A stretch of DNA of 64,000 nt, from contig NC_068984.1 in assembly GCF_001194135.2 (NCBI RefSeq), positions 56,645,740-56,709,739 of the forward strand. Reading direction: 5' to 3'. How positions within the stretch are numbered: position 1 is the first letter of the stretch; every line of letters begins with the position of its first letter. Of this stretch, positions 1 through 13,128 are shown piece after piece. A model generated the notes under the pieces. It ran no database searches, was not told the origin of the DNA, and saw nothing but the letters and a program-made list of their open reading frames with translations. This DNA is from Octopus bimaculoides (lineage: Eukaryota). Made by a program: the position numbers and the translations under genes.

Positions 1-385
1 ATATATATATATATATATATATATATATACTTTATTTTATTGGGTCTGAAAGGATGAAAAGCAAATAATAATAAAGTGATTCAGAGAATAAAATCAAGGA
101 AAATCTTATCGTAAAATTTCTTCCCAAACTTCCTAATTGTTTTCTCATATATTCATCTCCTCTATTTTACTTTACTTCTCTCCACCAACTTGCTTCCACT
201 GTCAGCTACTACTGACTTAGCTGCTTGACTAGATGAAAGCAGTCATAGAACATTGCATATTCTTAAAGGTTTTCTAAAATTTCCCTGGCTGTATCAGTTT
301 TCAGTTTCCCTGACCAATAATCAGCAGTGACTTTCAAGTTGTCTTTCCATCAATGATTCAGTATTCAATGCTCACTGTTATGCTG

Positions 386-909
386 TCACCTGTTATCTTT
401 CCTATCCATTTTGGATTCTCTGCTGTACACTGTCATCCACTCATTAGTTATCCCATGTTTGAAATTTGGTGTCATACATTCCTGAACACTGTGGCTACTA
501 ATTCTAGATAAGCATTCTTCAAAGAAAATGTCACTATTTAAATAAAAATGATTGTAATACACATTTTCGACTTCACTTTTGACCAAATGACTCACTCTAA
601 AACACAATATATAATGAATCAATCTGATGTTTTTAAATCAAGTCAGGCATAGAATTTTCATCTCTTGTGTTTGTTTTCACACTGAGATTAAAGGAATGCA
701 AGATTTACATAAACTTTCGTAAACATTTTTTATTTATTTTTTTCTTAGTTACACATTAGCATATTTAACAATTTTGTTATTTATACATTAACAAGTCAAG
801 GATTCAGTCAACATGGCGCTGATCTAATAATGACATGCTGAATTCAAATCATGCTATAAATTGCTTACCTTTCCATCCCAATGAGGTTTTTATGAAAATG
901 GCAAGTCAT
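386..909 (-). other. Possible two-exon small ORF (exons 909-869 and 596-386), product unknown
   Basis: ATG at 909; donor GAAAG|GTAAGC at 869/868; acceptor TGTTTTAG| at 597/596. The phases match (phase 2), giving MTCHFHKNLIGMER-VSHLVKSEV...DNR*. No homology recognised. Confidence 0.12.
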
Positions 910-1652
910 TTAATCAATGTGCAAATAAAAGTGGGAAAAGAAAAGATTATTTAGATAATTTCGGCTATATTTGGTTATTTATTGATTCTTTTAACACATG
1001 AAAAGTAAGAGTGATATAAATTTACTCCTCCTGATAAAAAAAAACCTTTGCTATCATTCTGTTGATGACACAAATAAGGAATTAGGAAGGACTTAAGCTT
1101 AAAGATATTTTCTGTAAAGAAAAAAAACCCTGAAAATTTCTATGATGGTGTATGATTTTTTTTTAATTCGAAACAAATTTACTTTCTGTTTTCAAAAACA
1201 AAAGTTTATTTTAAAGCTCTCAGCAAGTCAATCATGAATGCTTAATTTTCCAAAGATGCTTTTTGTCACCAAAGCAACTTCAGTTAAACTTGTGTACAAA
1301 TGAGTAATTTCAAAATTCTGCTCTACATTAGAATGAAAGATCAAAGAATGTTGTTGTCGTGAGGTCTTTCTGCTTTTTGATCCACAATAAATTAGTTTTC
1401 TCAAAATTCTATTCTGTGTTTTCTAAGATTTTCTTCAGTAATTTAGATACTATAAAAATTTCTCTCTGTTCATGAAGTTTCACTGCACTTAGTTTTATTT
1501 TCTGATAGTATGTTAACACTTACACTAATCATGTTGACTTACTGCTATTATTAGTATTCTATCATAATGGATATTTCTTTCAAATTATTTATCTTGCTTT
1601 TTCTTTTCTTTCTTTCTTCATCTCTATCTCTCTCTCTCTATTTCTCTCTATT

Positions 1653-1688
<36 letters not shown>

Positions 1689-1693
1689 TCTCT

Positions 1694-2533
1694 NNNNNNN
1701 NNNNNNNNNNNNNNNNNNNNNNNNNNNNNNNNNNNNNNNNNNNNNNNNNNNNNNNNNNNNNNNNNNNNNNNNNNNNNNNNNNNNNNNNNNNNNNNNNNNN
1801 NNNNNNNNNNNNNNNNNNNNNNNNNNNNNNNNNNNNNNNNNNNNNNNNNNNNNNNNNNNNNNNNNNNNNNNNNNNNNNNNNNNNNNNNNNNNNNNNNNNN
1901 NNNNNNNNNNNNNNNNNNNNNNNNNNNNNNNNNNNNNNNNNNNNNNNNNNNNNNNNNNNNNNNNNNNNNNNNNNNNNNNNNNNNNNNNNNNNNNNNNNNN
2001 NNNNNNNNNNNNNNNNNNNNNNNNNNNNNNNNNNNNNNNNNNNNNNNNNNNNNNNNNNNNNNNNNNNNNNNNNNNNNNNNNNNNNNNNNNNNNNNNNNNN
2101 NNNNNNNNNNNNNNNNNNNNNNNNNNNNNNNNNNNNNNNNNNNNNNNNNNNNNNNNNNNNNNNNNNNNNNNNNNNNNNNNNNNNNNNNNNNNNNNNNNNN
2201 NNNNNNNNNNNNNNNNNNNNNNNNNNNNNNNNNNNNNNNNNNNNNNNNNNNNNNNNNNNNNNNNNNNNNNNNNNNNNNNNNNNNNNNNNNNNNNNNNNNN
2301 NNNNNNNNNNNNNNNNNNNNNNNNNNNNNNNNNNNNNNNNNNNNNNNNNNNNNNNNNNNNNNNNNNNNNNNNNNNNNNNNNNNNNNNNNNNNNNNNNNNN
2401 NNNNNNNNNNNNNNNNNNNNNNNNNNNNNNNNNNNNNNNNNNNNNNNNNNNNNNNNNNNNNNNNNNNNNNNNNNNNNNNNNNNNNNNNNNNNNNNNNNNN
2501 NNNNNNNNNNNNNNNNNNNNNNNNNNNNNNNNN
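1694..2533. other. Assembly gap (N run) preceded by a (CT)n microsatellite
   Basis: Run of N; (TC)n at about 1620-1693. Confidence 0.98.
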
Positions 2534-3560
2534 NGTGACCGAGACTTTTGGAGATATGTTGTGCTTGAGAAGACCCGGCAAGTGAAGTGAGACCATAACC
2601 ATGGCCTATGCCAGTGCTGTATAACCAGCCCATTTAAGAGTACCCTTCAATCATTGGACAATAACTACACTTGCGAAGACCAGTTGAGGCAAGTGAAATT
2701 GCTATCATGGCTGATGACAGTACTGTTTGATTGTGCTGGTGGAATGTTAAAAGCACCATTTGAGCGTGATCGTTACCAGGGCAGCTGACTGGNNNNNNNN
2801 NNCATGGGCCATGACTGCTGAGGACATGCGTAAGCTTGCAAGGAATGAAACCTGTTTGCTCCACTGGATGTGTAATGCCAGTCTGTATACAGACTGGCAT
2901 TACAACAGAGTTTAAGCACCCTGAGAGAAAAGTTGGACTTAAGAAGCATCAGTTGTGGTGTGCAAGAGAGACAACTGCGCTGGTATGGTCATGTGTTCCA
3001 AATGGATGAGAACAGCTGTGTGAAAAAGTGTCACACCCTAGCAGTTGAAGGAACCTGTGGAAGAAGTAGACCCAGAAAGACTTGGGATGAGGTGGTGAAG
3101 CACAATCTTCGAACATTAGGCCTCACCAAGGCAATGACAAGTGACCGAGACTTTTGGAGATATGTTGTGCTTGAGAAGACCCGGCAAGTGAAGTGAGACC
3201 ATAACCATGGCCTATGCCAGTGCTGTATAACCAGCCCATTTAAGAGTACCCTTCAATCATTGGACAATAACTACACTTGCGAAGACCAGTTGAGGCAAGT
3301 GAAATTGCTATCATGGCTGATGACAGTACTGTTTGATTGNNNNNNNNNNNNNNNNNNNNNNNNNNNNNNNNNNNNNNGTGATCGTTACCAGGGCAGCTGA
3401 CTGGCATCCAAGTTAGTGGCACATAAAAAGCACCATTCGAGCGTGGTCGTTGCCAGTGCCGCTGGACTAGCTCCTGTGCAGGTGGCACATAAAAAGCATC
3501 ATTTTAGTGTTGCCAATGCCAGTACTGCTTGACTGACCCTCGTGCTATTCTCACATCTCA
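2534..3560 (+). mobile_element. RTE-clade LINE 3' portion (ORF C-terminus plus 3' UTR), partly duplicated across small gaps
   Basis: ORF 2933-3196 ..QLRWYGHVFQMDENSCVKK..GRSRPRKTWDEVVKHNL..DRDFWR has the RTE C-terminal pattern (LRW.GHV.R, GRPR..W, R..WR). The downstream UTR matches the minus-strand copy at 19352-20296. Confidence 0.85.
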
Positions 3561-3885
3561 CATTCTTGATCCACTGTATGAACTTTATTACCTGTTCGTA
3601 GGTCTTGAGTTGTTGTTGCTAAACCCTATTTGGTATGAATGAACAGATCTATGATCAAAGGTGTTCCAGCCATAACCATCCTGTCTTATTTTCAAACATG
3701 GTAGAGTATGAACTAAAAAGACTTGTCTGTTGTTTCTAGCATGTTGAACATGTTTTATGTAGATGTTTTCTTTTGGCTCATATATCTTTAATTCTCATCT
3801 TATGGAGGAATTTGTTTTGCTTCTATAACTATTTTCAGAATTATATGATGGTATTGAAATCTTCTGGTATTTGATTATATTGGAA

Positions 3886-4121
3886 CATCATCATCATCAT
3901 CATCATCATCGTTTAACGTCCGCTTTCCATGCTAGCATGGGTTGGACGATTTGACTGAGGACTGGTGAAACCGGATGGCAACACCAGGCTCCAGTCTGAT
4001 TTGGCAGAGTTTCTACAGCTGGATGCCCTTCCTAACGCCAACCACTCAGAGAGTGTAGTGGGTGCTTTTACGTGTCACCCGCACGTTACGTGTCACCCGC
4101 ACGTTACGTGTCACCCGCACA
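3886..4121 (-). mobile_element. RTE-type LINE/SINE 3' end with (ATG)n tail
   Basis: (CAT)n then cgtttaacgtccgctttccatgctagcatgggttggacg, the same sequence as at 7273, 29140 and 63103; ends in three tandem ~18-bp units ttacgtgtcacccgcacg. Confidence 0.85.
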
Positions 4122-5107
4122 TGGCCTAGATAAGTCTGTGTCAACATGTCTAATGCATGGAAGATTAAACTGCACACTAGAAATAAATATGTGGGGATAA
4201 ATTTAATAGGAATCAACATCTAATATTATTTTCATTATTCTGCCAAGTATTGTAGACATCTCCAGACATGGTTTAATATAATTTGGACTTTATTAATGAA
4301 ATATGACCTTCACCATACTTATCAAAGTAGTCATGAAAGAATCACAATGTAAGCATAAAAGATTGTATATTTTGTTGGTATTGAAAAATGGAACTGTTTA
4401 AAATTAAATAATTCATAGATGCCATCTGCATGAAAACAATGGGTATGCTAGTGTTATTATATTTATTGTATAGAGCATCAGAGAAGCTACAAAACATCAA
4501 TGCTCTGGAATTCTCTAACAGCCCATGTTTTTCTTGGAGACATTGACATATACTTGTTCAAACTGAAAATCTACTATGTTGTTCATACCACTATTTTTAT
4601 CCTAACTTAATCATAAAGATAGATTTGGAAAAATTGCAACCTATTTCACCCATATGAAAAGAAATGATTCTATAATTTCTGGAAATGTTACCATCAATAT
4701 TGTATTCGAAGAGATATTTATTTATCTCTCATCTTAATGCTTGAAAACCTGAAACCAGGTACTGGCATTATGTGGTGTTGTGGTTTGTACTGACATTATT
4801 TTTGAATCATATATGTCTATGTCCATTTAGATAATAAACAGATAAAGAGTGTCTAAAATTGCCGATATGCAGGTTTCTGGGAACAAAAAATATTTTGATG
4901 TAAAGCCATATTTAACTGGGAAATAATTTCATCACAGTGTAATAAAATGTAACCAGTGTGGTTATTCTTATAATTACACACACTTTTGTCTTTGATCAAT
5001 AGTTTATTTATTTTATTTTTGAGATAAGAAACATTCTCCCCGAATCACCTACTGAAGTGAAAATTAATCATTAATTTCTACCTGTCTACCTGCCGCGCAC
5101 GCGCGCG

Positions 5108-5193
<86 letters not shown>

Positions 5194-5758
5194 GTTGTCC
5201 ACCTCTCTCTCTCCCTACTGAATAAACTTACGAGAGATAAGATAACATTGCTTCCAGAATTTATCTAACTCTCATAGGGGAGCATTATTTTGACTATAAC
5301 TGGAATTTTCTAATTCTGCAAGATATTCTATGGGTGCTTTCTATTTATGAAGGAATATTAATAGATTAAGCTTTCATCTTCACAACTATTTAACTAACTT
5401 ATGAATGGTGTCCAACACAAACTGGATTTTGTCAATACTTTTCTTATTTTATGCCACTAAGCATATAATTTAGTATCCTTTGTTACTTATTTACGAATAT
5501 GTTATGGAAGCGCAACGTTCTGCTGAGGTGTCTTTCAAAATAGTTGAAACACATCTGGTGTTTTCTCCCATGTTTGTAGATTAAACATTAATGCTAGGTA
5601 ACTTAATGCAGAGTGATTTGGAAGGTCACTTTGTAACCATGTGGGATTTAGTTTGATCTTAATTGCATCGCACCTTATGAAATTGTCTTCTATAATAGTT
5701 CTAGGTTAACCTAAGCTTTCTAGGTGAAACTGGATAAATGGAAATATTTAATATAGAG

Positions 5759-5941
5759 CAGTGCTCTGCAACCTTTTTTCACTTGTGATGCATTTATATT
5801 CTTTTCAAAGTTTGGTCGCACACCTGAACTAAAAATATAACTTAAAGTATAGGAAAAAACTATATTCAGGTTATACTGTGGCACACCTAGCACTGTCTCA
5901 TGGCACACCAGTGTGCACAGCATACCGGTTGCAGAGCACTG
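5759..5941. mobile_element. hAT-type MITE (183 bp)
   Basis: 15-bp TIRs cagtgctctgcaacc / ggttgcagagcactg; degenerate 8-bp TSD atatagag / gtataaag, the length typical of hAT. Confidence 0.75.
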
Positions 5942-6464
5942 GTATAAAGTAATATTAACATTTGTTCATTACTTAAGTTAGATTTTAAATATTTAATACA
6001 GAGAAATAATTGGGAAATAATTATGCAGTGAAGAAGAAAACTGTGTTAGTCAATGACATATTATTTTAAGTATTTTGATAAATATGGGAAATAACTCTAG
6101 GCATGTTTCAACTTTTTTAAGTTCTCATCAGAGAAACATAGACTTCATAATACTTGCTAAAGTTGTGATGAGAAAATTGCTAAGTAAATGTACAAGACTG
6201 CCATAGAGAAACAGAATTGTTTAGAGAACAAATAGTTCAGATGACACTATCAACATGATCAGTTGTTGGATCTATGAAAATTGAGGTATACTAAAAGAGT
6301 ATATTTTGTTGAGGAGGTCTAATTAAACTGAAGCATGCACGGAATTGTCAACATAATAAAAGTTTAATTTCTTCTGCATGCTCACACTGAATCTTTATTA
6401 ACTGGAAACAATTGTCAAGTTCAGAGTTGTCTCCCTTATTGTTCTTTTGAACAGAATGAATTAT

Positions 6465-6680
6465 TGATTTCAGATTTTGACACAAGGCCAGCAATTTGGG
6501 GGGAAGGTGATAAGTTAATTACATCGACGCTAGTGTTCACCTGGTACCTATTTTGTCAACCTTAAAAGTATGAAAGACCAAGTTGACCTCAACAGAATGT
6601 GAACTTGGAACATAAAAGCAGATGAAAAGCTGCTAAGCATTTTACTTGGCATGCTAATGATTCTGCCTGCTTGCCACACT
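6465..6680 (-). mobile_element. tRNA-type SINE (family 2, head taaggcg.cgagctggcag)
   Basis: Colinear with the copies at 39414-39626 and 39643-39857 (acaaggccagcaatttgggg..ctggtac..gttgacctc..gaacttggaac). Confidence 0.7.
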
Positions 6681-7272
6681 AAACAGAATAAATTATTATA
6701 AGCTTATCATATTTTTGGCTCTTTATTATAAGTGTAATTTTAATTAATATTTTTTGGTTTCAACATTAATTATATTTGTACTGATTTAATAAAAAAAAAA
6801 GTAGTTTATTGAGAAGATAATATAAGAATTGGCAGAAGTGTTGGATGCAAAGCCTCACAGTATTTATTCTGATTCTCTACTCACTGAGTTCAAATCATTG
6901 GAAGGTCCTCTTTACCGTTCATCCTCTCAAGTTTGATGAAAAAAAAAGTTCCAATCTAGGGCAGTATATTGGCAGAAATATTAGAGGTGTAGGTGAGATG
7001 CCTTGCCGTATCTCTTTCATGTAATTGTGTTCAGACAGCAATGTTTGTGACAACAGTGATGCCAGGTTGTATTGGTCCAAGTCAGTGTTTTTTTCTTGGA
7101 TAAACATTTGTGGGCATGGAAAGGGGAAACTTGCTGGCATAGGTGACTGTTAATCTTTCTATAAAAAAAATCTTGCCCAGACCCGTCCATACATGGGCAG
7201 ATGCATGGTCAACATTAGTGGAGGCTCTCCATAATATTAAAAATGAGAGAAAGCATATTTATAAAAAGGAAA

Positions 7273-7578
7273 TATCATCATCATCATCATCGTTTAACAT
7301 CCACTTTCCATGCTAGCATGGGTTGGACGATTTGACTGAGGACTGGTGAAACCAGATGGCTACACCAGGCTCCAATCTGATTTGGCAGAGTTTCTACAGC
7401 TGGATGCCCTTCTTAACGCCAACCACTCCAAGAGTGTAGTGGGTGCCTTTACGTGCCACCAGCACGAAGGCCAGTCAGGCGGTACTGGCAACGGCTATGC
7501 TCAAAATGGTGTATTTTATGTGCCACCTGCACAGGAGCCAGTCCAGCGGCACTGGTAGTGACCTCGCTCGAATGTCTT
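7273..7578 (-). mobile_element. RTE-type 3' end with (ATG)n tail, two 3'-UTR repeat units
   Basis: (CAT)n followed by the conserved cgtttaac.tcc.ctttccatgctagcatgggttggacg terminus. Confidence 0.85.
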
Positions 7579-7786
7579 TAGATAACTTTTGGTTGAAATA
7601 GTGCTGAGAGAAACTAACTTGATTTTGTTTAAAAACATTTATGTATTTGTTTTGCAAGATTCTTGATATAAAAGCATGTGTTGAAACAGATATTGTTATA
7701 CTTGCAGATGGTCATCTTTTGCCTATTAAACATACGTTGTTTGCATGTATTTAATTGACAAAAGAAGTCCGTCCCCAAGTATAACA

Positions 7787-8055
7787 ATCATCATCATCAT
7801 CATTGTCTAACATTCATGCATGGGTAGGACGGTTGACAGGAGCCAGCCAGGTAGAAGACTACCCCAGGTTATGGTATCCGTTTTGGCAGGGTTTTTTATG
7901 GTTGGATGCCCTTCCGAACACCAACCACTCTGCAGAGTGGACTGAGTGCTTTTTATGCGGCACCAGCACAGGCGAGGTCAGTTTTGGTATACTTTTTATG
8001 CTGGATGCCCTTCCAAATGCCAACCACTTTACAGTGTGGATTGGATGCTTTTACT
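7787..8055 (-). mobile_element. Related SINE/LINE 3' end (different body, shared tail)
   Basis: (CAT)n tail and shared ctggatgcccttcc..accaaccact motif; the body resembles the plus-strand copy at 51770-52004. Confidence 0.7.
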
Positions 8056-8394
8056 TTCTTTTTTCTACTTTGTTTATATAAAAGGAAACATTTGATATTT
8101 TATAAGTTTGAAAAACTGCAAAACACAAAAAATATATACACATATAAATTGATACTTCATATGAAAAAGTATTGTATGCACTCAAATTAGATGCTGATTG
8201 TAAAGTTAATTTTTGAAAGGTATCTCAAAAATGGTGTTTCAGTTAAATAGCCCTAGTAGTGAATATATTTTAAGATTGGGTACCAGCTGTATAAAGAACA
8301 TTATTTGATTCTGAATGTGTGAAGTGGGCTGAAAGCCATATAGATACATTGACTAGCCATTTTATATTGCATGGTGTTTTAAGAAAAATTACCC

Positions 8395-8545
8395 AGTCTT
8401 TTTAATGTGTCTAATTCTGCCAAGGCTGAACTTGCTTTCATTCCCTTGGGGTTGACAAAATAAGTACTAGTTGAACACTGATGTTGATGTAATGGACTTA
8501 GTTCCTCCATGAAATTGCTGGCCTTGTGCCAAAATTTGAAACCAA
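8395..8545 (+). mobile_element. SINE family 2, 3' half
   Basis: ttgctttcattccct.ggggttgacaaaataagtactagtt..gaaattgctggccttgtgccaaaatttgaaacc is the reverse complement of the 39.4-39.8 kb copies. Confidence 0.65.
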
Positions 8546-11243
8546 AATATGTCATATTCTCCTAGACATTTTTGAGTCATGTGTAAACATAATTCACACA
8601 CATACACAGAGTCTCCCGATATATTTATATTTATTTATGCATGTGTGTATGTATGTATATATATTTATATATATACATATATATATACATGCAGAGTGTG
8701 ATGGGTAGATTGTTGCCATTTTATATTATTAATTTCATGCAGTAATCAGTAATCTTAAGGGTTTAACCTATATTTTTCCAAATTAGATAATATAGGTTGT
8801 AATGTTTATGTATGAATATATACATATACATACAGATGTACCTGTACTGTCTGGTTCCCTGTTATCAATACTGTCTGATTCTCTGTAAGCTATGTTTGCA
8901 TTACAATGACTGATAAAAGTGCAGATGCATTTCTATTAATCACGCGTAGAGATAGTTTTAGAGATATTGGATCATCTTAAAGTGAGCAGTTTTAGATGCT
9001 AAATAAACAGCCAATTTCTCTATTTAGTTTCTCAATTAGAAAGGGATTTAGATTGTCATCATGTTCTTTAGGACCCTACAGTTCACATTTGAAGTCTCTT
9101 GCAACTTCATATCTGATTCCAGGACAAGGGGTCTTCAATATGCTTATCAGACTGGTTGAGTGCATACATGTAAAGTTCAACTGAGTGCAATTTTTACTTA
9201 TTGAGATGTTCAAAGAGAAGTATTGTTTATTCATTACATACTTTGTGGATAGATTTGGTAGACAGAAGCTGAAAGTGGCCTGTTGTTTGTGTGTGTTTGT
9301 GCACTCATAAGTATGTGTCTGCATGCTTGTTTACGTTTATGTTTTCTGGTGTTGTTGTTGTCATTTCCTCTATTAACAAATTATTTACTGGCTTTGTGCC
9401 TTCAAAAATTGGTGGAATAACAAAACGTAATGGTTAATGAGAGGAAGAACATCTGGCTGTAAAACTATGCCTAAAAAATATATTCATCTAGACCATACTA
9501 CCATTGAAAAATGGATGTTAAAACAAATGGAGTTATAGGCATTTGTGGTGTTAGCAAACTACGACTCTGTCATAATGTCTAAAAGAGTACTCATTGGTTT
9601 GGAGTTTTGTAAGTGGGTATTAAGCCTTGAAATTTTAAAGGGAAATGGGAATCTGTAACATTCATACCATTCTAAAAGACATTAGCAATAAAAGTAATAT
9701 TGAATAGCTACAACTGAGAATGAAAACCAGGTCACATTTGTAGCTTCATGAAAAGCAGCATTTGTAACCTATAGCCTAGAGGAAAGTATTATTTAGAAAA
9801 TCAGCTAAACCATAAATGCCAAGATGTACAAGTAAAGAAAGTGATGGTTAAATAACTTGTAAAATACTTCAATTTTAGTAATATATACCTTGTATTATAG
9901 AAAATATGAGAAATGACTTCAAAGAAGTTAAATATGGAATCTAATTCATGTTTACTTTTTGTATCAAAAACATTGTCTAATGAGAGGCAGTATTTTAAAC
10001 CTAAACGTTTAAATAATTTAAATTTTGTCATATTAGAAAAATACTTTTTCGATAAAAATATTTACTTTTACCATCAACTATTGTTGTTTAACTCTAGATT
10101 GTCTCTGAGGAGACATGATCCAATGCAATCATGAGCAACCTGTGAATGACACACCTAACAAAAAATTACCTTCAGATTTCTTATTAGTGCAGCCCACCTG
10201 ATGATGTGCTAGGACTCATGCTGCATGCTTCTTTGAAAAAGGTTACCTACGCCTGATCTAAGATGTTCCAGCCATGATAATTCCATTATTACTTTTGCTG
10301 CAAGCATTATATATGTAGAAATATATTATCTTATCTATCCTTTCCATTTTAAGATGGGTATGATTTGAAGTAAATTTAGCTTCTAAATCTAGCAGGCTGA
10401 GTAACTGTGTAGAGACTTTCTCAATATCTTGTTTATTAGCAATTGTTATTTACAACAGTACAACTAGAGTCATTCTGTGACTAGGACTCTGTTTTGTGGT
10501 CATTGTGAACCAGGTTTGAATTCTGGTTTCAGCATTTGTGTACCAAATTATTTACAAACATGTGACTATTGTTATTTTACACTTGACAAAAATATACCTT
10601 GCTCTGAGTTTAATTATACAATTTATAGTAGCATTGAGGGAAATATGTTGATGTTTATTTGAAAAATAAAATTATTCATTTTTAAAAAAAAATTATATTA
10701 CAACATATTGTAATGATACATGTTTAATTAACTAATTAATATTTCATTATAAGAAAAAATGTGTAAAAGCTTCATTTACAAGTAACAAAGACTTATTAGC
10801 AATATTTTTAAAATGACTTTATCTCCACTAGCAAGTGTAATATCATAGATTCTGAGATAAAATTCAATAATTATGCTATAAAGTATATTTCATAGATTCT
10901 CATTGATAATCAGTTATACTGTATTGCTGTTATTATTTGACTATCTGCTATCAGTTATATTTACATTTATTGTATGAGAAATTATATTTAACTAAATGAA
11001 TGATGCCTTCCCAAAACATAATGACTAGGCTGCAAAGGTAACTTGTTTTAAAATTACAATCAAAGTTTTCTAATACATTTTTAGTTGAGTTTGAATAAAG
11101 TAATTTGTTATTATTCTCCTCCATTGATGATTTTATAATACAGTTTTAATTTAATACAATTTTAGTCCATTAAAATTAAGTTAATTAATTAAATTATGAG
11201 TCATTAAGATATTTTAATTTTAATGATGTTTGTTTCCTATGAT

Positions 11244-11287
<44 letters not shown>

Positions 11288-11296
11288 TTCTATGTA

Positions 11297-11799
11297 CAGG
11301 GGTTGGACAAAGTAATGGAAACACCTTAAAATTTCAAATAAATTAATTTTAATATGGGGTAGGACAGCCTTTGGCAGTAATTAAAGCTTGAATTCTATGA
11401 GGTATGGACTCGTACAAAGTTTGAATTGTTTCCAAAGCAATTTTTGTCCATTCTTCAGCTAAAACAGTCTCCAGTCCTTGAAGTGATGATGGTGGAGGAT
11501 ATCAGCTCCTTACTTGTTTTTCTAAAAATCAACATAGATGTTCAATAACATTGAGATCTGGGGACTGTGGTGGCTAGATAAGATGTTCAACTTCACTAGT
11601 AACAACTTCAGCTGTGTGAATCGGTGCATTATCTTTTTCTGATGATATCTGAAAAGAAACAGCAATTTTAGCAAAACATATTAAGCAACACTAATAATAA
11701 ATTAAAAAAATATAAAATAAACAAGATTTTGACTGTTTCATAGATGTTTCAAAATTATGATGCTATGATGCTAGGTGTTTCCATTATTTTATCCAACCC

Positions 11800-11802
<3 letters not shown>
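11297..11802 (-). mobile_element. Tc1-like (DD34E-type) internally deleted DNA transposon, 506 bp
   Basis: TIRs caggggttggacaaagtaatggaaacacc / ggtgtttccattattttatccaacccctg with TA on both sides; the minus strand encodes a transposase C-terminus ..PPQSPDLNVIEHL..LYESIPHRIQALITAKGCPTPY*. Confidence 0.85.
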
Positions 11803-11848
<46 letters not shown>

Positions 11849-11850
11849 TA

Positions 11851-11964
11851 CAGGGTCTGGTGAATAAACTGTTGTCTAAATTATGCAAAAATGAAAATAA
11901 TACAAACAATGCACATGCACGAAATAAAAATATAAAATGGCAACAATTTACCCATTGCACCCTG
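11851..11964 (-). mobile_element. 114-bp mini (MITE-like) copy of the adjacent maT element, inverted
   Basis: The left part matches the reverse complement of the maT right end (13075-13128) and the right part matches the reverse complement of the maT left end (11984-12050); TA on both sides. Confidence 0.75.
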
Positions 11965-11983
11965 TATATACATATGTAATATA

Positions 11984-13128
11984 CAGTGGGCGATGGGCAA
12001 ACTGCCACCATTTTATATTTTTTATTTCGTGCATATGCATTGTTTGGTTTTTATTTTGTTGACTACACAGTATAGTAGGGTCAGTTGGGCACCATCTGTG
12101 AGAAAAACAACACCATGATGCAATTCAATCCACCAGAAATTTAGAAATGACATGCTGTACTGCTTGGCATTCACACCAGAAGCTCCAATACGAAAATTTC
12201 AGAGTGTTTGGGTATCAATCTGAGGACAGTGCGGAGGATTTGGAAAGAGTTGGATAAGTCCAATGGTGATTACGAAGGTACAGCAGCTTGGAAAACTCAC
12301 TTTGATCGTTCTGATAAGAAAAGCCAATTTTTATCCCAAGTCATCAAGGACAAACGGAAAGACCACACTACAAAACTTTTGAACAAACTCAAGCATGCCC
12401 TCCAACCAAACATGCTTTGGTTTTTCTCAGATGAGAAAAATTTCTGCCAGGATCAGATGGTGAACACACAGAACAACTGTTGGCTTGCTGTGTCCCCAAA
12501 ACATGTACCAAGAGTGATAAAAATCAAACATCCAGTCAACATCATGGTGTTTGGAGTGATCACTAGTGATGGAAACATGCCTCCATTCATCTTTCCATAG
12601 ACACTCACACTCAACGCGGAGGCCTACATCAAGTGCCTGGAGGAGATATTGCTGCCCTGAGTCAAGAGGATGGCTGCTGGAAGACCCTATGTCTGGCAAC
12701 AAGACTCTGCACCAAGCCACACAAGCAGGAGAACCCAGACATGGCTGTCAGACAATTTCTGCGACCACATCACCCCTAACATCTTGCCACCTAACTCCCC
12801 AGATTGTAACTCCCTTGATTATTATGTGTGGGGCACACTTGAATGAGAGACCAGCAAAAATCCTTCTAACACCAAAGATAAACTGAAAGCAAGGATTATG
12901 GCAGCATTCACCAACTTAAGCAAGGAGACCATCCAAAAGAGTTGCAGGAGATTCCAAAGTCATCTGGAGGCTATGGTTGAAGCCAATGGCAATTTTATTG
13001 AATAAATTTACTCTTTAGTTTTTCAAGATATTTTTATGTAGTTTTTGTAAATATATCTGTTAAAATGAGATGTCAGTGTTATTTTCATTTTTGCGTAATT
13101 TAGACGACAACTTATTCACCGCACCCTC
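11984..13128 (+). mobile_element. maT-family (DD37D) Tc1/mariner element, transposase pseudogene with stops and a deletion
   Basis: WFFSDEKNF, then WQQDSAPSH..SPDCNSLDYYVW with 37 residues between the 2nd and 3rd Asp (counted from the DNA); imperfect TIRs cagtgggcgatgggcaaactg / cttattcaccgcaccctc; TA flanks. Confidence 0.88.

Noticed and set aside
1567-2633. Long ORFs of 320-340 aa (also 24899-25377 and 27480-28679)
   Set aside because: They are open only because they cross N gaps and microsatellites.
2534-3340. Exact direct repeat 2534-2790 versus 3141-3340
   Set aside because: The copies are identical and bounded by N gaps, so this is most likely a scaffolding or overlap artefact.
6919-7140. 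73-aa minus-strand ORF
   Set aside because: No recognisable motif; it overlaps decayed repeat-like sequence.
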